Origin: Bdellovibrionales bacterium
GTDB lineage: Bacteria; Bdellovibrionota; Bdellovibrionia; Bdellovibrionales; JAGQZY01
Assembly (NCBI GenBank): GCA_964230645.1
Contig: CAXRHT010000003.1
Coordinates: 128,001-192,000, forward strand
DNA length: 64,000 nucleotides
Reading direction: 5' to 3'
Within the stretch, counting starts at the first letter, position 1. Each line of letters starts with the position of its first letter. Both the position numbers and the translations under genes were made by a program. The notes below the pieces were generated by a model, which had not been told where the DNA came from, ran no database searches, and saw nothing but the letters and a program-made list of their open reading frames with translations. Positions 40,209 through 49,756 of this stretch are shown here, one piece after another.

Positions 40209-40327
40209 TTATCCACAATGAAAAGAATGCTGTCTAGAGGTGAGTCTTAGTTCACTTAATTATTAAGCATCTAGAAAGGATTTCACGCCTTAAAAAATTT
40301 TACTAAAATTTCAAAGGGTGTGGATAA
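40209..40327. promoter_or_regulatory. Pair of perfect DnaA boxes in inverted orientation
   Basis: TTATCCACA at 40209-40217 and TGTGGATAA at 40319-40327 in a 203-bp intergenic region. Confidence 0.6.
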
Positions 40328-40382
40328 TATTGCACGGTTTTTGGCGCCGAAAGTGCAAAACAAACCAGTATCAAAGCGACAA

Positions 40383-41684
40383 TCAAGGAATTTCAATCAC
40401 AAGGGGGCCAACAGGATTTTTATGACCACTTATTTGATAGGAGTTTTTAAGAATATTTTGAGCCTCTTCCAGGCCGGGTTCATTGGGAGAATGATATAAA
40501 GTAAAAATTGCCTCTCCTGATTTTACCTCATCTCCTATTTTTTTATGAATCTCAATACCTGAGAGAGGATTGATTTTATCAGTAATTACACGGCGTCCAG
40601 CTCCCATGCAAATACCGGCAATACCCACCTGTTCGCCGTCGACTTGACTAAAATATCCTTCTTTTTCAGAAACGAGCGTCGTAGAGCTTTCTGGGTACTC
40701 AATACTTTCTAATGAGCCCCCCTGCTCTTGGCAGACACTTTCGAAACATTCGAAAGCTTTACCGCTATCAAGAGCTTCGACAGCTTTCCTCTTGCCGGAT
40801 TCAAAATCGATATCAAGGCCAATAGCAATCATGCGGGCTGCGAGCTCTATGCTTAACTCTTCGGTATCGGAGAAAGATTTATAGTCTCGCCCAAGAAAGC
40901 TTTGCCTTTTTAAAATACTTAAACATTCGCCGATTTCAACAGCATTACCAACAAAGCGTCCAAGTGGCTGGTTCATATCGGTGATCATTGCCATGGTTTT
41001 AAGACCATGACCTTCCCCAATAGTTGTAAGACCTCTAGCAAGTGCTCTAGCATCGTCTAAATTTTTCATGAAGGCCCCAGAGCCCATTTTAACATCAAGA
41101 ACGAGGCCTCTGATCCCTTCAGCGATTTTTTTTGACATAATACTTGCGCAGATTAGGGGAAGGGATTCAACAGTGGCAGTGACATCTCTTAAAGAATATA
41201 TCTTTTTATCTGCAGGACAGATGTTGTCCGTTTGACCAATAAAACTCAGGTTTAATTTGTTCACCTGTTTTTTAAAAGTATCGAGATCCAGGTTTACATT
41301 AAATCCAGGAATGGACTCCAACTTATCTAAGGTGCCACCTGTGTGTCCTAAACCTCGGCCTGACATCATTGGTACGGGTACGCCACAAGCGGCGACGATC
41401 GGTGCAAGAATTAAACTTGTCTTATCTCCCACGCCTCCGGTGCTATGCTTGTCTACAGCGATTCGATCTTCAAACTTTAGTTGAGTTCCAGAGTTGATCA
41501 TTGCCTGAGTTAACTCGATTGTTTCCTCATCCTCCATACCATTGAGAAATATGGCCATAAGGAGTGCGGACATTTGGTAATCGGGAATCTCACCTTTAGT
41601 GTATCCTTCGATAATAAATTCTATTTCCTTTTTGGAGAGATTTTGTCCCGATCTTTTTGTCTTGATAACCTGAGTTGCTAGCAT
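40383..41684 (-). CDS. pdp: Pyrimidine-nucleoside/thymidine phosphorylase
   Basis: PDYQMSALLMAI, DKHSTGGVGDK, SGRGLGHTGGTLDKLESIPG, SIMSKK; start set to ATG 41684. Confidence 0.94.
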   Translation of the reverse strand: MLATQVIKTKRSGQNLSKKEIEFIIEGYTKGEIPDYQMSALLMAIFLNGMEDEETIELTQAMINSGTQLKFEDRIAVDKHSTGGVGDKTSLILAPIVAACGVPVPMMSGRGLGHTGGTLDKLESIPGFNVNLDLDTFKKQVNKLNLSFIGQTDNICPADKKIYSLRDVTATVESLPLICASIMSKKIAEGIRGLVLDVKMGSGAFMKNLDDARALARGLTTIGEGHGLKTMAMITDMNQPLGRFVGNAVEIGECLSILKRQSFLGRDYKSFSDTEELSIELAARMIAIGLDIDFESGKRKAVEALDSGKAFECFESVCQEQGGSLESIEYPESSTTLVSEKEGYFSQVDGEQVGIAGICMGAGRRVITDKINPLSGIEIHKKIGDEVKSGEAIFTLYHSPNEPGLEEAQNILKNSYQISGHKNPVGPLVIEIP

Positions 41685-41734
41685 ATCTAAGGTTTTACTT
41701 GTCAAAACAGCAAGAAACAAGAGACAATCAAGCC

Positions 41735-42163
41735 ATGTTAAAAATCTTACTGTGCCTTACAATTGGATTTTCAGGGAACATGGCATTTGCCCAGAATCAA
41801 AACACAGGCCAACAAGATGAGGCTGGCTCCAACATGATCGAAAAATATGGGCCTCGTCGGCAGATTTCCACAATTGTTTATATGGGACTTGCCGGAGCTG
41901 TCTTAGGATTATCAACACTGAGTTTTTATGGTCGACCCCAGGACCATTTAACCAATATTCCCATTGGTTTTGGTGTGGGAGTGATTGTTGGTACCGTCTA
42001 TATGACCTATCAGGCGGCCGCCAATCCGAATGAATTTTATAAAGAAGCTCAGATAGAGTATCGTCCTAAATTTACTGATCCTATGCCGAAATCATACACG
42101 GCCAGTGATATTCTATTAGAGAATCAAAATGTCCAGAAAGTTTCCTACCGTTGGACATTTTGA
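41735..42163 (+). CDS. Exported/membrane hypothetical protein with glycine-zipper-like segments
   Basis: Signal peptide (AFA-Q), GLAGAVLG and GFGVGVIVG segments, aromatic C-terminus (YRWTF). Confidence 0.72.
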   Translation: MLKILLCLTIGFSGNMAFAQNQNTGQQDEAGSNMIEKYGPRRQISTIVYMGLAGAVLGLSTLSFYGRPQDHLTNIPIGFGVGVIVGTVYMTYQAAANPNEFYKEAQIEYRPKFTDPMPKSYTASDILLENQNVQKVSYRWTF

Positions 42164-42181
42164 TCGAAGCTGAAAACTCCC

Positions 42182-43300
42182 TTATGATGATTTTCTAAAC
42201 TTGGGCATGGTGATTCTAGGCTTGGTTTGACTCTCGGGTTGTTCACCTTCGTCTTCATTGCCAGTGTGAAAGGTCTTCTTAGACACATAGGGAGCGGCTT
42301 GCTGCTTATCAATTGTTCCCATGGAAAGAAGTCTCTCGACGGCTGTTTCCATAGTCTGCATACCCATGCTCGTTGAAGTTTGCATTGTTGACTTAATTTG
42401 GAAAGTTTTTCCCTCACGAATAAGGTTTTGAATAGCGTTGTTATTAATCATGATCTCGTGGGCGGCCACACGTCCGCCGCCTGATTTCTTCAAGAGGGTT
42501 TGCGAAATGACGGCCTTTAAACTTTCCGAAAGCATAACCCGGATCTGAGACTGTTGCTCCTCTGGGAAGGAGTCAATAATACGGTCTACGGTTTTTGGAG
42601 CACTCATAGTGTGTAGCGTTCCGAAAACTAAGTGCCCTGTTTCCGCAGCCGTCATTGCAAGAGAGATCGTTTCTAGATCTCGCATCTCACCCACAAGAAT
42701 AATATCAGGGTCTTCACGAAGAGCGGCTTTCAAAGCGTTTTTAAAAGAGCCTGTATGGTTTCCAACTTCCCTTTGATTCACGATAGATTTTTTATTTTTG
42801 TGCACAAACTCGATCGGGTCTTCAATCGTTAAAATATGACCGTGGTCGGTGTCGTTAATATAGTCGACCATCGCTGCAAGGGTTGTCGACTTTCCCGAAC
42901 CTGTTGGACCTGTTACAAGAACCATTCCTTTTTTTTCTGTCAGGATATTTTTAAACGCAGGCGGACAGTTGAGATCTTTAAGAGATAAAATCTTAGAGGG
43001 AATATGGCGAAAAACCGAGCCAACTCCTAACCTCTGCATAAAGATATTACAACGAAAACGGCCACATCCCTCAACCTGGTAAGAGCAATCGAGTTCATTG
43101 GTTTCTTCAAATTTCTTAATCTGATCCTCATTAAGAATTTCATAAATAAGAGAGCGCACTTCATTGTTATTGAGCGGGCGATAGTTAAGAGGTTGGATGT
43201 CTCCGTCTACTCGAAGAGAGGGTGTAGATCCTGAAGTTAAATGAAGATCCGATGCTCCATTTTTAACCATTACTCGAAAAAGATCGTCTAACTTAGCCAT
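42182..43300 (-). CDS. pilT: Type IV pilus retraction ATPase
   Basis: ASDLHL, GPTGSGKSTT, TIEDPIE, LREDPD, GHLVFGTLH, AIQNLIRE. Confidence 0.95.
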   Translation of the reverse strand: MAKLDDLFRVMVKNGASDLHLTSGSTPSLRVDGDIQPLNYRPLNNNEVRSLIYEILNEDQIKKFEETNELDCSYQVEGCGRFRCNIFMQRLGVGSVFRHIPSKILSLKDLNCPPAFKNILTEKKGMVLVTGPTGSGKSTTLAAMVDYINDTDHGHILTIEDPIEFVHKNKKSIVNQREVGNHTGSFKNALKAALREDPDIILVGEMRDLETISLAMTAAETGHLVFGTLHTMSAPKTVDRIIDSFPEEQQSQIRVMLSESLKAVISQTLLKKSGGGRVAAHEIMINNNAIQNLIREGKTFQIKSTMQTSTSMGMQTMETAVERLLSMGTIDKQQAAPYVSKKTFHTGNEDEGEQPESQTKPRITMPKFRKSS

Positions 43301-43503
43301 AGCCTTTTATCTCCTCAATCTGGATTGCTTTTCCAGCATTCTAATGTTCTTAGCCATTTCCAGAACCTCAACAGAGATGTTGAGAGAAAAACAGGGTGGA
43401 AATGGTGATTTTTACACCCTTTCCTAGCTTTAGAACTAATTAACAATCGGATTATTTTTTGTTAAAGTTTAATCTTGGGCCGTTGAGCAAGGAATTTAGT
43501 AAA

Positions 43504-45021
43504 ATGCAAGGAAATCAAATACTTATAAATGTAAACTCCTTTGAAACGCGTGTGGCCCACTTAGAAAAAGGGGTTTTGGTCGATTTTAAAATCGAAAGAA
43601 AGCTCTCACCGACTTTGGTCGGAACAATTCACAAAGGCAAAGTGATCCGAGTCTTACCTGGAATGCAGGCGGCTTTCGTGGACATAGGTCTAGAGCGCGC
43701 CGCCTTTTTGTACGTTGGAGACGTTCGAGAAGAAAATGATTCCATCAATAAACGTGTTCAAGCCACTGAGCAAAGTGAGGATGAAGGTCTTCCAGAAATC
43801 ATTGAAAATGAAGATAAGCCAAAGATTCAAGAGCTTTTAAGGCAAGGTCAGTCCATTTTAGTACAAGTGGCAAAAGATCCTGTTGGCACTAAAGGCGCTA
43901 GAGTCACAACTCACATTTCTCTAGCAGGAAGAAAAATTGTTTATTTGCCCACACTCACTCATGTTGGAATTTCTAGAAAAATTGAAAACGAAGACGAAAG
44001 AGATCGCCTAAAAAAAGAAATAGAAAAAACGGGGATTGAAGGGGGAGTGATTGTTCGCACAGCCGGAGAGGGTATGGACGAGTTTGAACTCCAAAAGGAC
44101 ATTGGATACCTCAGTCAAATTTGGACAGGAATTCAAGAGTCAGCCAAGAATGAAAAAGGCATTGGACTGATTTATTCAGAAGTGGATTTTGAGTTAAGAG
44201 TTTTAAGGGACTTTCTAAATGAAAACATCGACGAGGTCCTTATCGACAACCGTGAGTCCTATGATAAAGCGGTGGAGTTTGTTTCGCAATACATGCCCAA
44301 GTTTAAAGGGATACTGAAATTTTATTCAGGCTCCGACCCACTTTTTGACAAGCAGGGCGTCTCACTTGATGTCGCCAAAGCGATCGATCGCAAGGTATGG
44401 TTGCGTTCTGGTGGATATTTAGTGATCGATGAAACGGAAGCTTTGGTGGTCATCGATGTGAATACAGGAAAATATGTTGGTAAAAAAGATCTCGAAGAAA
44501 CGATCTTTAAAACCAACATGGAAGCCGTCAAAGAAATTGCCCACCAAATTCGAGTTCGCGACTGTGGTGGAATCATCATTGTAGACTTCATCGATATGAC
44601 GGTAGAGGAGCACCGAGAAAAAATTCTTGATTCTTTATCAATGGAGGTGAAGTCGGATTCGGTTCGAGTGTCTGTTATTTCCATGACCGGTCTTGGGTTG
44701 GTGGAGTTAACGAGAAAGCGACTACGGCCAAGTTTACTTAGGTCATTAACTGAGCCCTGTTTTTATTGTGAAGGGATTGGTCGGCTAAAACGCAGGGAGA
44801 CTTTGATCTCTGATGTCTTTCGAGATCTGGATCGTCAGATCAAACGGAATAAGGCCGTTGAGACCTGGATTGTTCGCTGCCACTCGGATTTGGTCTCTTG
44901 GGTCTACAGCGAGGAGAGTGAATTGATCTCTCAAATTGAAGGGGAGCTTGGCGTTTCCATTATTTTTAAGGCCGACCCGAAACTGCATTGGGAAGAGTTT
45001 GAATTCGACCGAGATTTGTAA
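43504..45021 (+). CDS. rng: Ribonuclease G (Rne/Rng family)
   Basis: S1 domain VLPGMQAAFVDIG, KGARVTT, IDVNTG, GGIIIVDFIDM, ELTRKR, PCFYC. Confidence 0.93.
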   Translation: MQGNQILINVNSFETRVAHLEKGVLVDFKIERKLSPTLVGTIHKGKVIRVLPGMQAAFVDIGLERAAFLYVGDVREENDSINKRVQATEQSEDEGLPEIIENEDKPKIQELLRQGQSILVQVAKDPVGTKGARVTTHISLAGRKIVYLPTLTHVGISRKIENEDERDRLKKEIEKTGIEGGVIVRTAGEGMDEFELQKDIGYLSQIWTGIQESAKNEKGIGLIYSEVDFELRVLRDFLNENIDEVLIDNRESYDKAVEFVSQYMPKFKGILKFYSGSDPLFDKQGVSLDVAKAIDRKVWLRSGGYLVIDETEALVVIDVNTGKYVGKKDLEETIFKTNMEAVKEIAHQIRVRDCGGIIIVDFIDMTVEEHREKILDSLSMEVKSDSVRVSVISMTGLGLVELTRKRLRPSLLRSLTEPCFYCEGIGRLKRRETLISDVFRDLDRQIKRNKAVETWIVRCHSDLVSWVYSEESELISQIEGELGVSIIFKADPKLHWEEFEFDRDL

Positions 45022-45249
45022 CTACGGGCCTATAAAGCCTATTTTTTGAGAAAAAAATAAGAATTTAATGAAAAATTAAGGCTTTTCTCAAGGCCTAGAA
45101 TTGCTTAAGTCACTGAAATTCAATATATTTTTACAATATAGCGGCCTTATGACTCAGTCTTAAAAAATTTGTAATAAGGCGCTGAAATTATTGACAAAAC
45201 TTACGCAGCATGACACTTTCTCGAGTCATTTACTGCTATGGAGGACTCA

Positions 45250-45750
45250 ATGTACGCCGTAATCCGCACAGGTGGAAAACAATATAAGGTGAAAGCTGGC
45301 GATCTAATTAAAGTTGAAAAACTCAATCAAGCTGAAGGCGATGAGTTTGAAATGACTGATGTTTTGATGGTTTCTGGAAAATCGGCTCATGTTGGAGAGC
45401 CCTTAGTTTCAAATGCAAAAGTTCAGGTTCAGGTTGTTAAATCCGGAAAAGCCAAAAAGATTCTAGTTTTCAAAAAGAAAAGAAGACAAGGTTACCGTAA
45501 AACCCAAGGACATCGTCAAGAGTACACAGAGCTTTTCGTTAAATCGATTACCTCTCCTGATGGTGAGTCAGCGACGGCTGAATTGAAAAAAGCGGCGAAG
45601 TCGACCGAAGAAAAGCCAGCTAAAAAGAAAGCGGCCAAAAAGAAGACAGCTAAGAAAAAAACGGCTAAGAAGAAGACTTCTAAAAAGAAGGCGACTAAGA
45701 AAAAAGCCGCTAAAAAGAAAACGAAGAAGAAAACCACTAAAAAATCGTAA
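45250..45750 (+). CDS. rplU: 50S ribosomal protein L21 with Lys/Ala/Thr-rich C-terminal extension
   Basis: MYAVIRTGGKQYKV, KKKRRQGYRKTQGHRQ; GGAGG RBS before ATG 45250. Confidence 0.97.
   Translation: MYAVIRTGGKQYKVKAGDLIKVEKLNQAEGDEFEMTDVLMVSGKSAHVGEPLVSNAKVQVQVVKSGKAKKILVFKKKRRQGYRKTQGHRQEYTELFVKSITSPDGESATAELKKAAKSTEEKPAKKKAAKKKTAKKKTAKKKTSKKKATKKKAAKKKTKKKTTKKS
45622..45711 (+). repeat. Imperfect 15-bp coding tandem repeat (six units of KKKxx) in the rplU tail
   Basis: aaaaagaaagcggcc/aaaaagaagacagct/aagaaaaaaacggct/aagaagaagacttct/aaaaagaaggcgact/aagaaaaaagccgct. Confidence 0.85.
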
Positions 45751-45766
45751 CTAATAGGAGATTATC

Positions 45767-46030
45767 ATGGCATCGAAGAAGGCCGCAGGTAGTACGAAGA
45801 ACGGTAGAGATAGTAAGAGTAAAAGACTGGGTGTAAAACGTTTTGGTGGTCAAAATGTAAAAGCTGGCTCGATTCTAGTTCGCCAACGTGGAACTCAGTA
45901 CCAGGTTGGTACTAACGTGGGTATGGGAAGAGATCACACGATTTTCGCCAAAATCGATGGTCAGGTTAAGTTCGAAAGAGTGAACAAAAATAAACAGAAG
46001 ATTTCTGTTTATCCTAGAACAGCATCCTAA
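45767..46030 (+). CDS. rpmA: 50S ribosomal protein L27
   Basis: [31 protein letters not shown]. Confidence 0.98.
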   Translation: MASKKAAGSTKNGRDSKSKRLGVKRFGGQNVKAGSILVRQRGTQYQVGTNVGMGRDHTIFAKIDGQVKFERVNKNKQKISVYPRTAS

Positions 46031-46078
46031 GTCGTTTCAGGTATAAAAAAATCCAACAGCGACGACTCGCTGGGACAC

Positions 46079-46105
46079 AAAGGCGAATGAAAATTCGCCT
46101 TTTTT
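46079..46105 (+). terminator. Intrinsic terminator after rpmA
   Basis: AAAGGCGAAT-gaaa-ATTCGCCTTTTTT; a second hairpin CAGCGA-cgac-TCGCTG lies just upstream. Confidence 0.8.
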
Positions 46106-46120
46106 ATTTTGAGGGACCCG

Positions 46121-47149
46121 ATGAGGTTTATTGATGAGGTAAAAATTCAATTAACGGCAGGCAAAGGTGGGCCCGGGTGCGCCAGTTTCGCCAGTGATCC
46201 GATCAAACCGCGGGGAGGTCCCGACGGTGGTGATGGGGGTCGCGGTGGCAATGTCGTTTTGAAAATCAATGAACATTTGAACTCACTTTTTCACCTCCAA
46301 GGTAAAAGAAAACTATCGGCAAAAAATGGAGTTCCTGGAACCTCGCAAAATCGCAAAGGCGCAAGAGGAGAGGACTTAGTCATCGAAGTTCCTCCTGGAA
46401 CAGTGGTTCGCTCGGAGTCAGGCGAACTTATTGTCGACCTTTTTGAAGGGGAGTATTGCCTGCTTCATGGTGGCCGTGGCGGCAAGGGAAACACTCATTA
46501 TAAGACAAGTGTCAACCAGGCTCCCTACAAGTTTCAACCCGGAGAGCCGGGCGAGGAAGGGGAGTTGACCTTCCAACTCAAGCTTCTCGCCGATGTTGGA
46601 GTGGTAGGCTTTCCCAATGCTGGAAAATCGACTCTGGTTTCTGCGCTAACAGCGGCTAGACCTAAAATTGCCGATTATCCTTTCACGACTCTTGAGCCAA
46701 ACTTAGGGGTTGTTAAATTAAGTGAGACTTCGACATTTACTATCGCTGATATCCCGGGACTAATAGAGGGGGCTTCGCAAGGAGTCGGACTCGGGCATCA
46801 ATTTCTAAAGCATGTGGAGAGAACAAAAATTTTCGTCCATTTGATTGATGCCAGTGATTTTTCTGATCGCGACTTATGGGATGATTATTGTAAAATAAAT
46901 ACAGAACTGGCGCAGTATGATTCTGTTTTTAATGATTTGGAAGATTTTGTGCCTCTGTCTCAAAGACAGCAGATTGTTGTGTTCAATAAAGTGGACTCCG
47001 CCAGCGAGGATCGCTTGGATTATTTTGAAAACATATTTAAAAAGAATCATTTGAGAGTCATAAAAATTTCAGCTGTGACTCATTTAAATAAAGAAGAATT
47101 GATCAGAAAACTGAGTGAAGCCGTTTTCGGAGGAAATGAAAATGAATAA
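46121..47149 (+). CDS. obgE: GTPase ObgE/CgtA
   Basis: FIDEV, GGPDGGDGGRGG, GFPNAGKST, YPFTT, DIPG, NKVD. Confidence 0.97.
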   Translation: MRFIDEVKIQLTAGKGGPGCASFASDPIKPRGGPDGGDGGRGGNVVLKINEHLNSLFHLQGKRKLSAKNGVPGTSQNRKGARGEDLVIEVPPGTVVRSESGELIVDLFEGEYCLLHGGRGGKGNTHYKTSVNQAPYKFQPGEPGEEGELTFQLKLLADVGVVGFPNAGKSTLVSALTAARPKIADYPFTTLEPNLGVVKLSETSTFTIADIPGLIEGASQGVGLGHQFLKHVERTKIFVHLIDASDFSDRDLWDDYCKINTELAQYDSVFNDLEDFVPLSQRQQIVVFNKVDSASEDRLDYFENIFKKNHLRVIKISAVTHLNKEELIRKLSEAVFGGNENE

Positions 47150-48167
47150 AGTCGCACTTTTTGGTGGAACCTTTGACCCTGTTCATATGGGACACGCTGC
47201 TTGTGTTCAACACTTGGTTGAAAAGATGGATTTTTCAAAAGTCGTGTTGATACCGACAAGCCAAAACCCTCTTAAAGTGGACCGCGTTCCGGCCTCCAAG
47301 GAAGATCGTTTAAAAATGATCGAGCTGGCTTTAAGTGACTACAAAAATGAAATCACGGTGGATGAGTATGAAGTCATGCAGCAGTCCCCGGCTTTTTCAT
47401 ACGAAACCTTAAAGCGCTACCAAGAAAACTACGCTCCCGAAGAGCTTTTTTTAGTCATGGGCTTAGATACCTTTTCAGAGATTGATCAATGGAAGAACTT
47501 TACCGAGATTTTGAAAATGACAAACCTTTTAGTAGTAAGTCGCCCTCCTTATCGACGTCCCTTTGGCATCGAGGACCTACCCGAAGGCTTAAAAGAGCAT
47601 GTTCATTCCTACGATAGAGGTTTTGCCTTACTTAAAAGTGGTCGAACCATTGAGTTCGTAACAATTAAGACCGAGGACATCTCGTCAACTTTAGTTAGAA
47701 AGAAACTGAAGGCTGGTAAAAAGCTTAACCGACTAATCAACCTCGATGTCGAAAAGTATATTATTGAAAATGATGTTTATCCGAGGCTTTCTCCTGGAAA
47801 AATTGATTATAAAGATCTTAGCTTTTTTGTTGGAGGGATATTACAGGAAAGAGCAATGAACTGTATGGGTTACGATCTTAGTCATCTTGATAAGCTCTAT
47901 GACTATACTTTGATTGCCTCCGCCACAAGTACCAAGCAAGCCTTATCCCTTTCGACGATTGTCAAAGACAGAGTGAAAGAAGAATACGGCATAACACCTT
48001 TTGGGATGGAAGGTCGTGAAGATGGTCGGTGGGTGATCCTCGACTACGGGGCCCTCATCGTGCACATATTTTATGATTTTGTTCGCCAAGAATATCATTT
48101 AGAAGGTTTATGGAAAGAGGGAACAAAGTTAGAATTACCAAACAAAGAAAGGCCACCTCAAACCTAA
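47142..48167 (+). CDS. nadD: Fused nicotinate-nucleotide adenylyltransferase NadD + ribosome silencing factor RsfS
   Basis: GGTFDPVHMGH and ISSTLVR (NadD), then DYTLIASATS...EGREDGRWVILDYGALIVHIF...YHLEGLW (RsfS) in one frame. Confidence 0.9.
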   Translation: MNKVALFGGTFDPVHMGHAACVQHLVEKMDFSKVVLIPTSQNPLKVDRVPASKEDRLKMIELALSDYKNEITVDEYEVMQQSPAFSYETLKRYQENYAPEELFLVMGLDTFSEIDQWKNFTEILKMTNLLVVSRPPYRRPFGIEDLPEGLKEHVHSYDRGFALLKSGRTIEFVTIKTEDISSTLVRKKLKAGKKLNRLINLDVEKYIIENDVYPRLSPGKIDYKDLSFFVGGILQERAMNCMGYDLSHLDKLYDYTLIASATSTKQALSLSTIVKDRVKEEYGITPFGMEGREDGRWVILDYGALIVHIFYDFVRQEYHLEGLWKEGTKLELPNKERPPQT

Positions 48168-48186
48168 TTTAAATAAGGCTTTAAGT

Positions 48187-48612
48187 TTGGAAGTTGAAAT
48201 CATAACCACCCATATCTCAAAATCTAGCTGGTCCTATCAATTGACCGAGGAATACGTGAAAAAAATGAAGGCCTTCGATAAGCTTCGTTTCACGGTTGTT
48301 AAAGATGAAAAAAAATTTCTCGATAAAATAAAGTCGGGGGACCGAGTGATCTGTTGTGATGAGAATGGTGAGGCTTTCTCTAGTCGTCAGTTTAGTAAAA
48401 AAATTTCACACTATCGTGACGGTGGGATTCAGAGACTCATTTTTTTTGTAGGCGGACCCTTTGGCCTTCCCAGCCCAGTGCTTGAAAGGGCTGACCTAAA
48501 AGTGCAATTATCTAGCTTAGTTATGAATCAAGAGATCGCTCTAGCTGTGTTAATGGAGCAAATCTTTCGAGCTTATACCATTCTTAACAACCATCCCTAT
48601 CATAACGATTAG
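48187..48612 (+). CDS. rlmH: 23S rRNA (pseudouridine-1915-N3)-methyltransferase
   Basis: FFVGGPFG, EQIFRAYTIL, HPYH; follows the RsfS domain. Confidence 0.92.
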   Translation: MEVEIITTHISKSSWSYQLTEEYVKKMKAFDKLRFTVVKDEKKFLDKIKSGDRVICCDENGEAFSSRQFSKKISHYRDGGIQRLIFFVGGPFGLPSPVLERADLKVQLSSLVMNQEIALAVLMEQIFRAYTILNNHPYHND

Positions 48613-48644
48613 TTTGCTTTGCTGATTTCGAGGTGATACCTCTG

Positions 48645-48661
48645 CATTCGTTTTAGGAATG
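48645..48661. promoter_or_regulatory. Putative LysR-type operator (T-N11-A dyad)
   Basis: CATTC-gttttag-GAATG directly upstream of the LysR gene. Confidence 0.45.
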
Positions 48662-48686
48662 TCACTACTTCAATGTAGGAAGGCTT

Positions 48687-49565
48687 ATGAGGCTTAAAGA
48701 TCATATTGGAAAACTAGAATACTTTTGCGCTGTTGCGGAGTCTCGATCTATTAAAGGGGCTAGTAAAAAAGTCTTCATTGGCCAACCTCAACTAACCAAA
48801 GTCGTTAAACAATTAGAAGACTGTGTTGGAACCAGCTTAGTGGTTCGCTCCTCTAAGGGAATCACTCTGACTCAACCCGGTGAGAAGCTCTACCGGTACT
48901 CCAAAAAGATTCTACAACAAGTTGATGAGGCCGAGTTTTTAATCAAATCTAAAGATGAAGATTTCCAAGGGGAATTAAGAATTGGAACTTATGACAGTAT
49001 TGCTCGCTACTTTTTCCCCGATTTCATCAAGTACATAAATGCCACCATGCCAGGAGTCTCCCTCCGTCTGCATACGGGCCGAAGTGACGACATCCTTAAG
49101 AAATTAAAAAATAAAGAGTTTGATGTGGCAATCATCGTTGCAGAAGCAAAGAGCACGAATATTGTTTCTGCCTCCAAAATTTATAGTGATTCGTTTGGAC
49201 TTTATAAATCAGTCAATATGGAAAACCGTTTTGATAAAAATCTTATTTATTTTCCATACCCGTTAAATAATACTCCCGATGCTATGAAAAAATTTGGTTT
49301 TGTTCACTCCATGGTGTGCGACAATCTTGAGACTGTTCGCTCTTTGGCGGAACAAGGGGTAGGAATTGGACTACTCCCCCATCGAGTGGCCAAACAAAGT
49401 GTTATGAACAGTCAATTGGTAGAACATAACCACCCAAAAATTAAATCTAACAGTTTTGATACTCACGACATTTCCATGTTTCATCTTAAAAAAGAGGAGT
49501 CATCTCTTAAAAACTTTGTCGTCGACGAGATGAAACGCTTTCTTTCCCTCTGGCATAAATCTTAA
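48687..49565 (+). CDS. LysR-family transcriptional regulator
   Basis: LEYFCAVAESRSIKGAS...QPQLT...LEDCVG HTH; GELRIG; GVGIGLLP. Confidence 0.93.
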   Translation: MRLKDHIGKLEYFCAVAESRSIKGASKKVFIGQPQLTKVVKQLEDCVGTSLVVRSSKGITLTQPGEKLYRYSKKILQQVDEAEFLIKSKDEDFQGELRIGTYDSIARYFFPDFIKYINATMPGVSLRLHTGRSDDILKKLKNKEFDVAIIVAEAKSTNIVSASKIYSDSFGLYKSVNMENRFDKNLIYFPYPLNNTPDAMKKFGFVHSMVCDNLETVRSLAEQGVGIGLLPHRVAKQSVMNSQLVEHNHPKIKSNSFDTHDISMFHLKKEESSLKNFVVDEMKRFLSLWHKS

Positions 49566-49756
49566 ACTTAATTTCTTACCGATATTATAGCTAAATAGAA
49601 TTTTTATAATTCTCTTCCATTACACGGTCACAGTCATTGGACCGCCTTCTTGGGTGTTTGTAGTTCGTATTCTAGTCGATCATTTCGGTCGATTTCTGTT
49701 GTGGTAAGAGTCTTTGCACAAGGAACAGGGGGTAGTGTATTGCAGTTCAAGTCCCT

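Noticed and set aside
49618..49756. Possible tRNA or ncRNA (GTTCAAGTCCC T-loop-like string, small hairpins) upstream of comF
   Set aside because: No T-stem pairing or cloverleaf, and no riboswitch consensus I could recognise.
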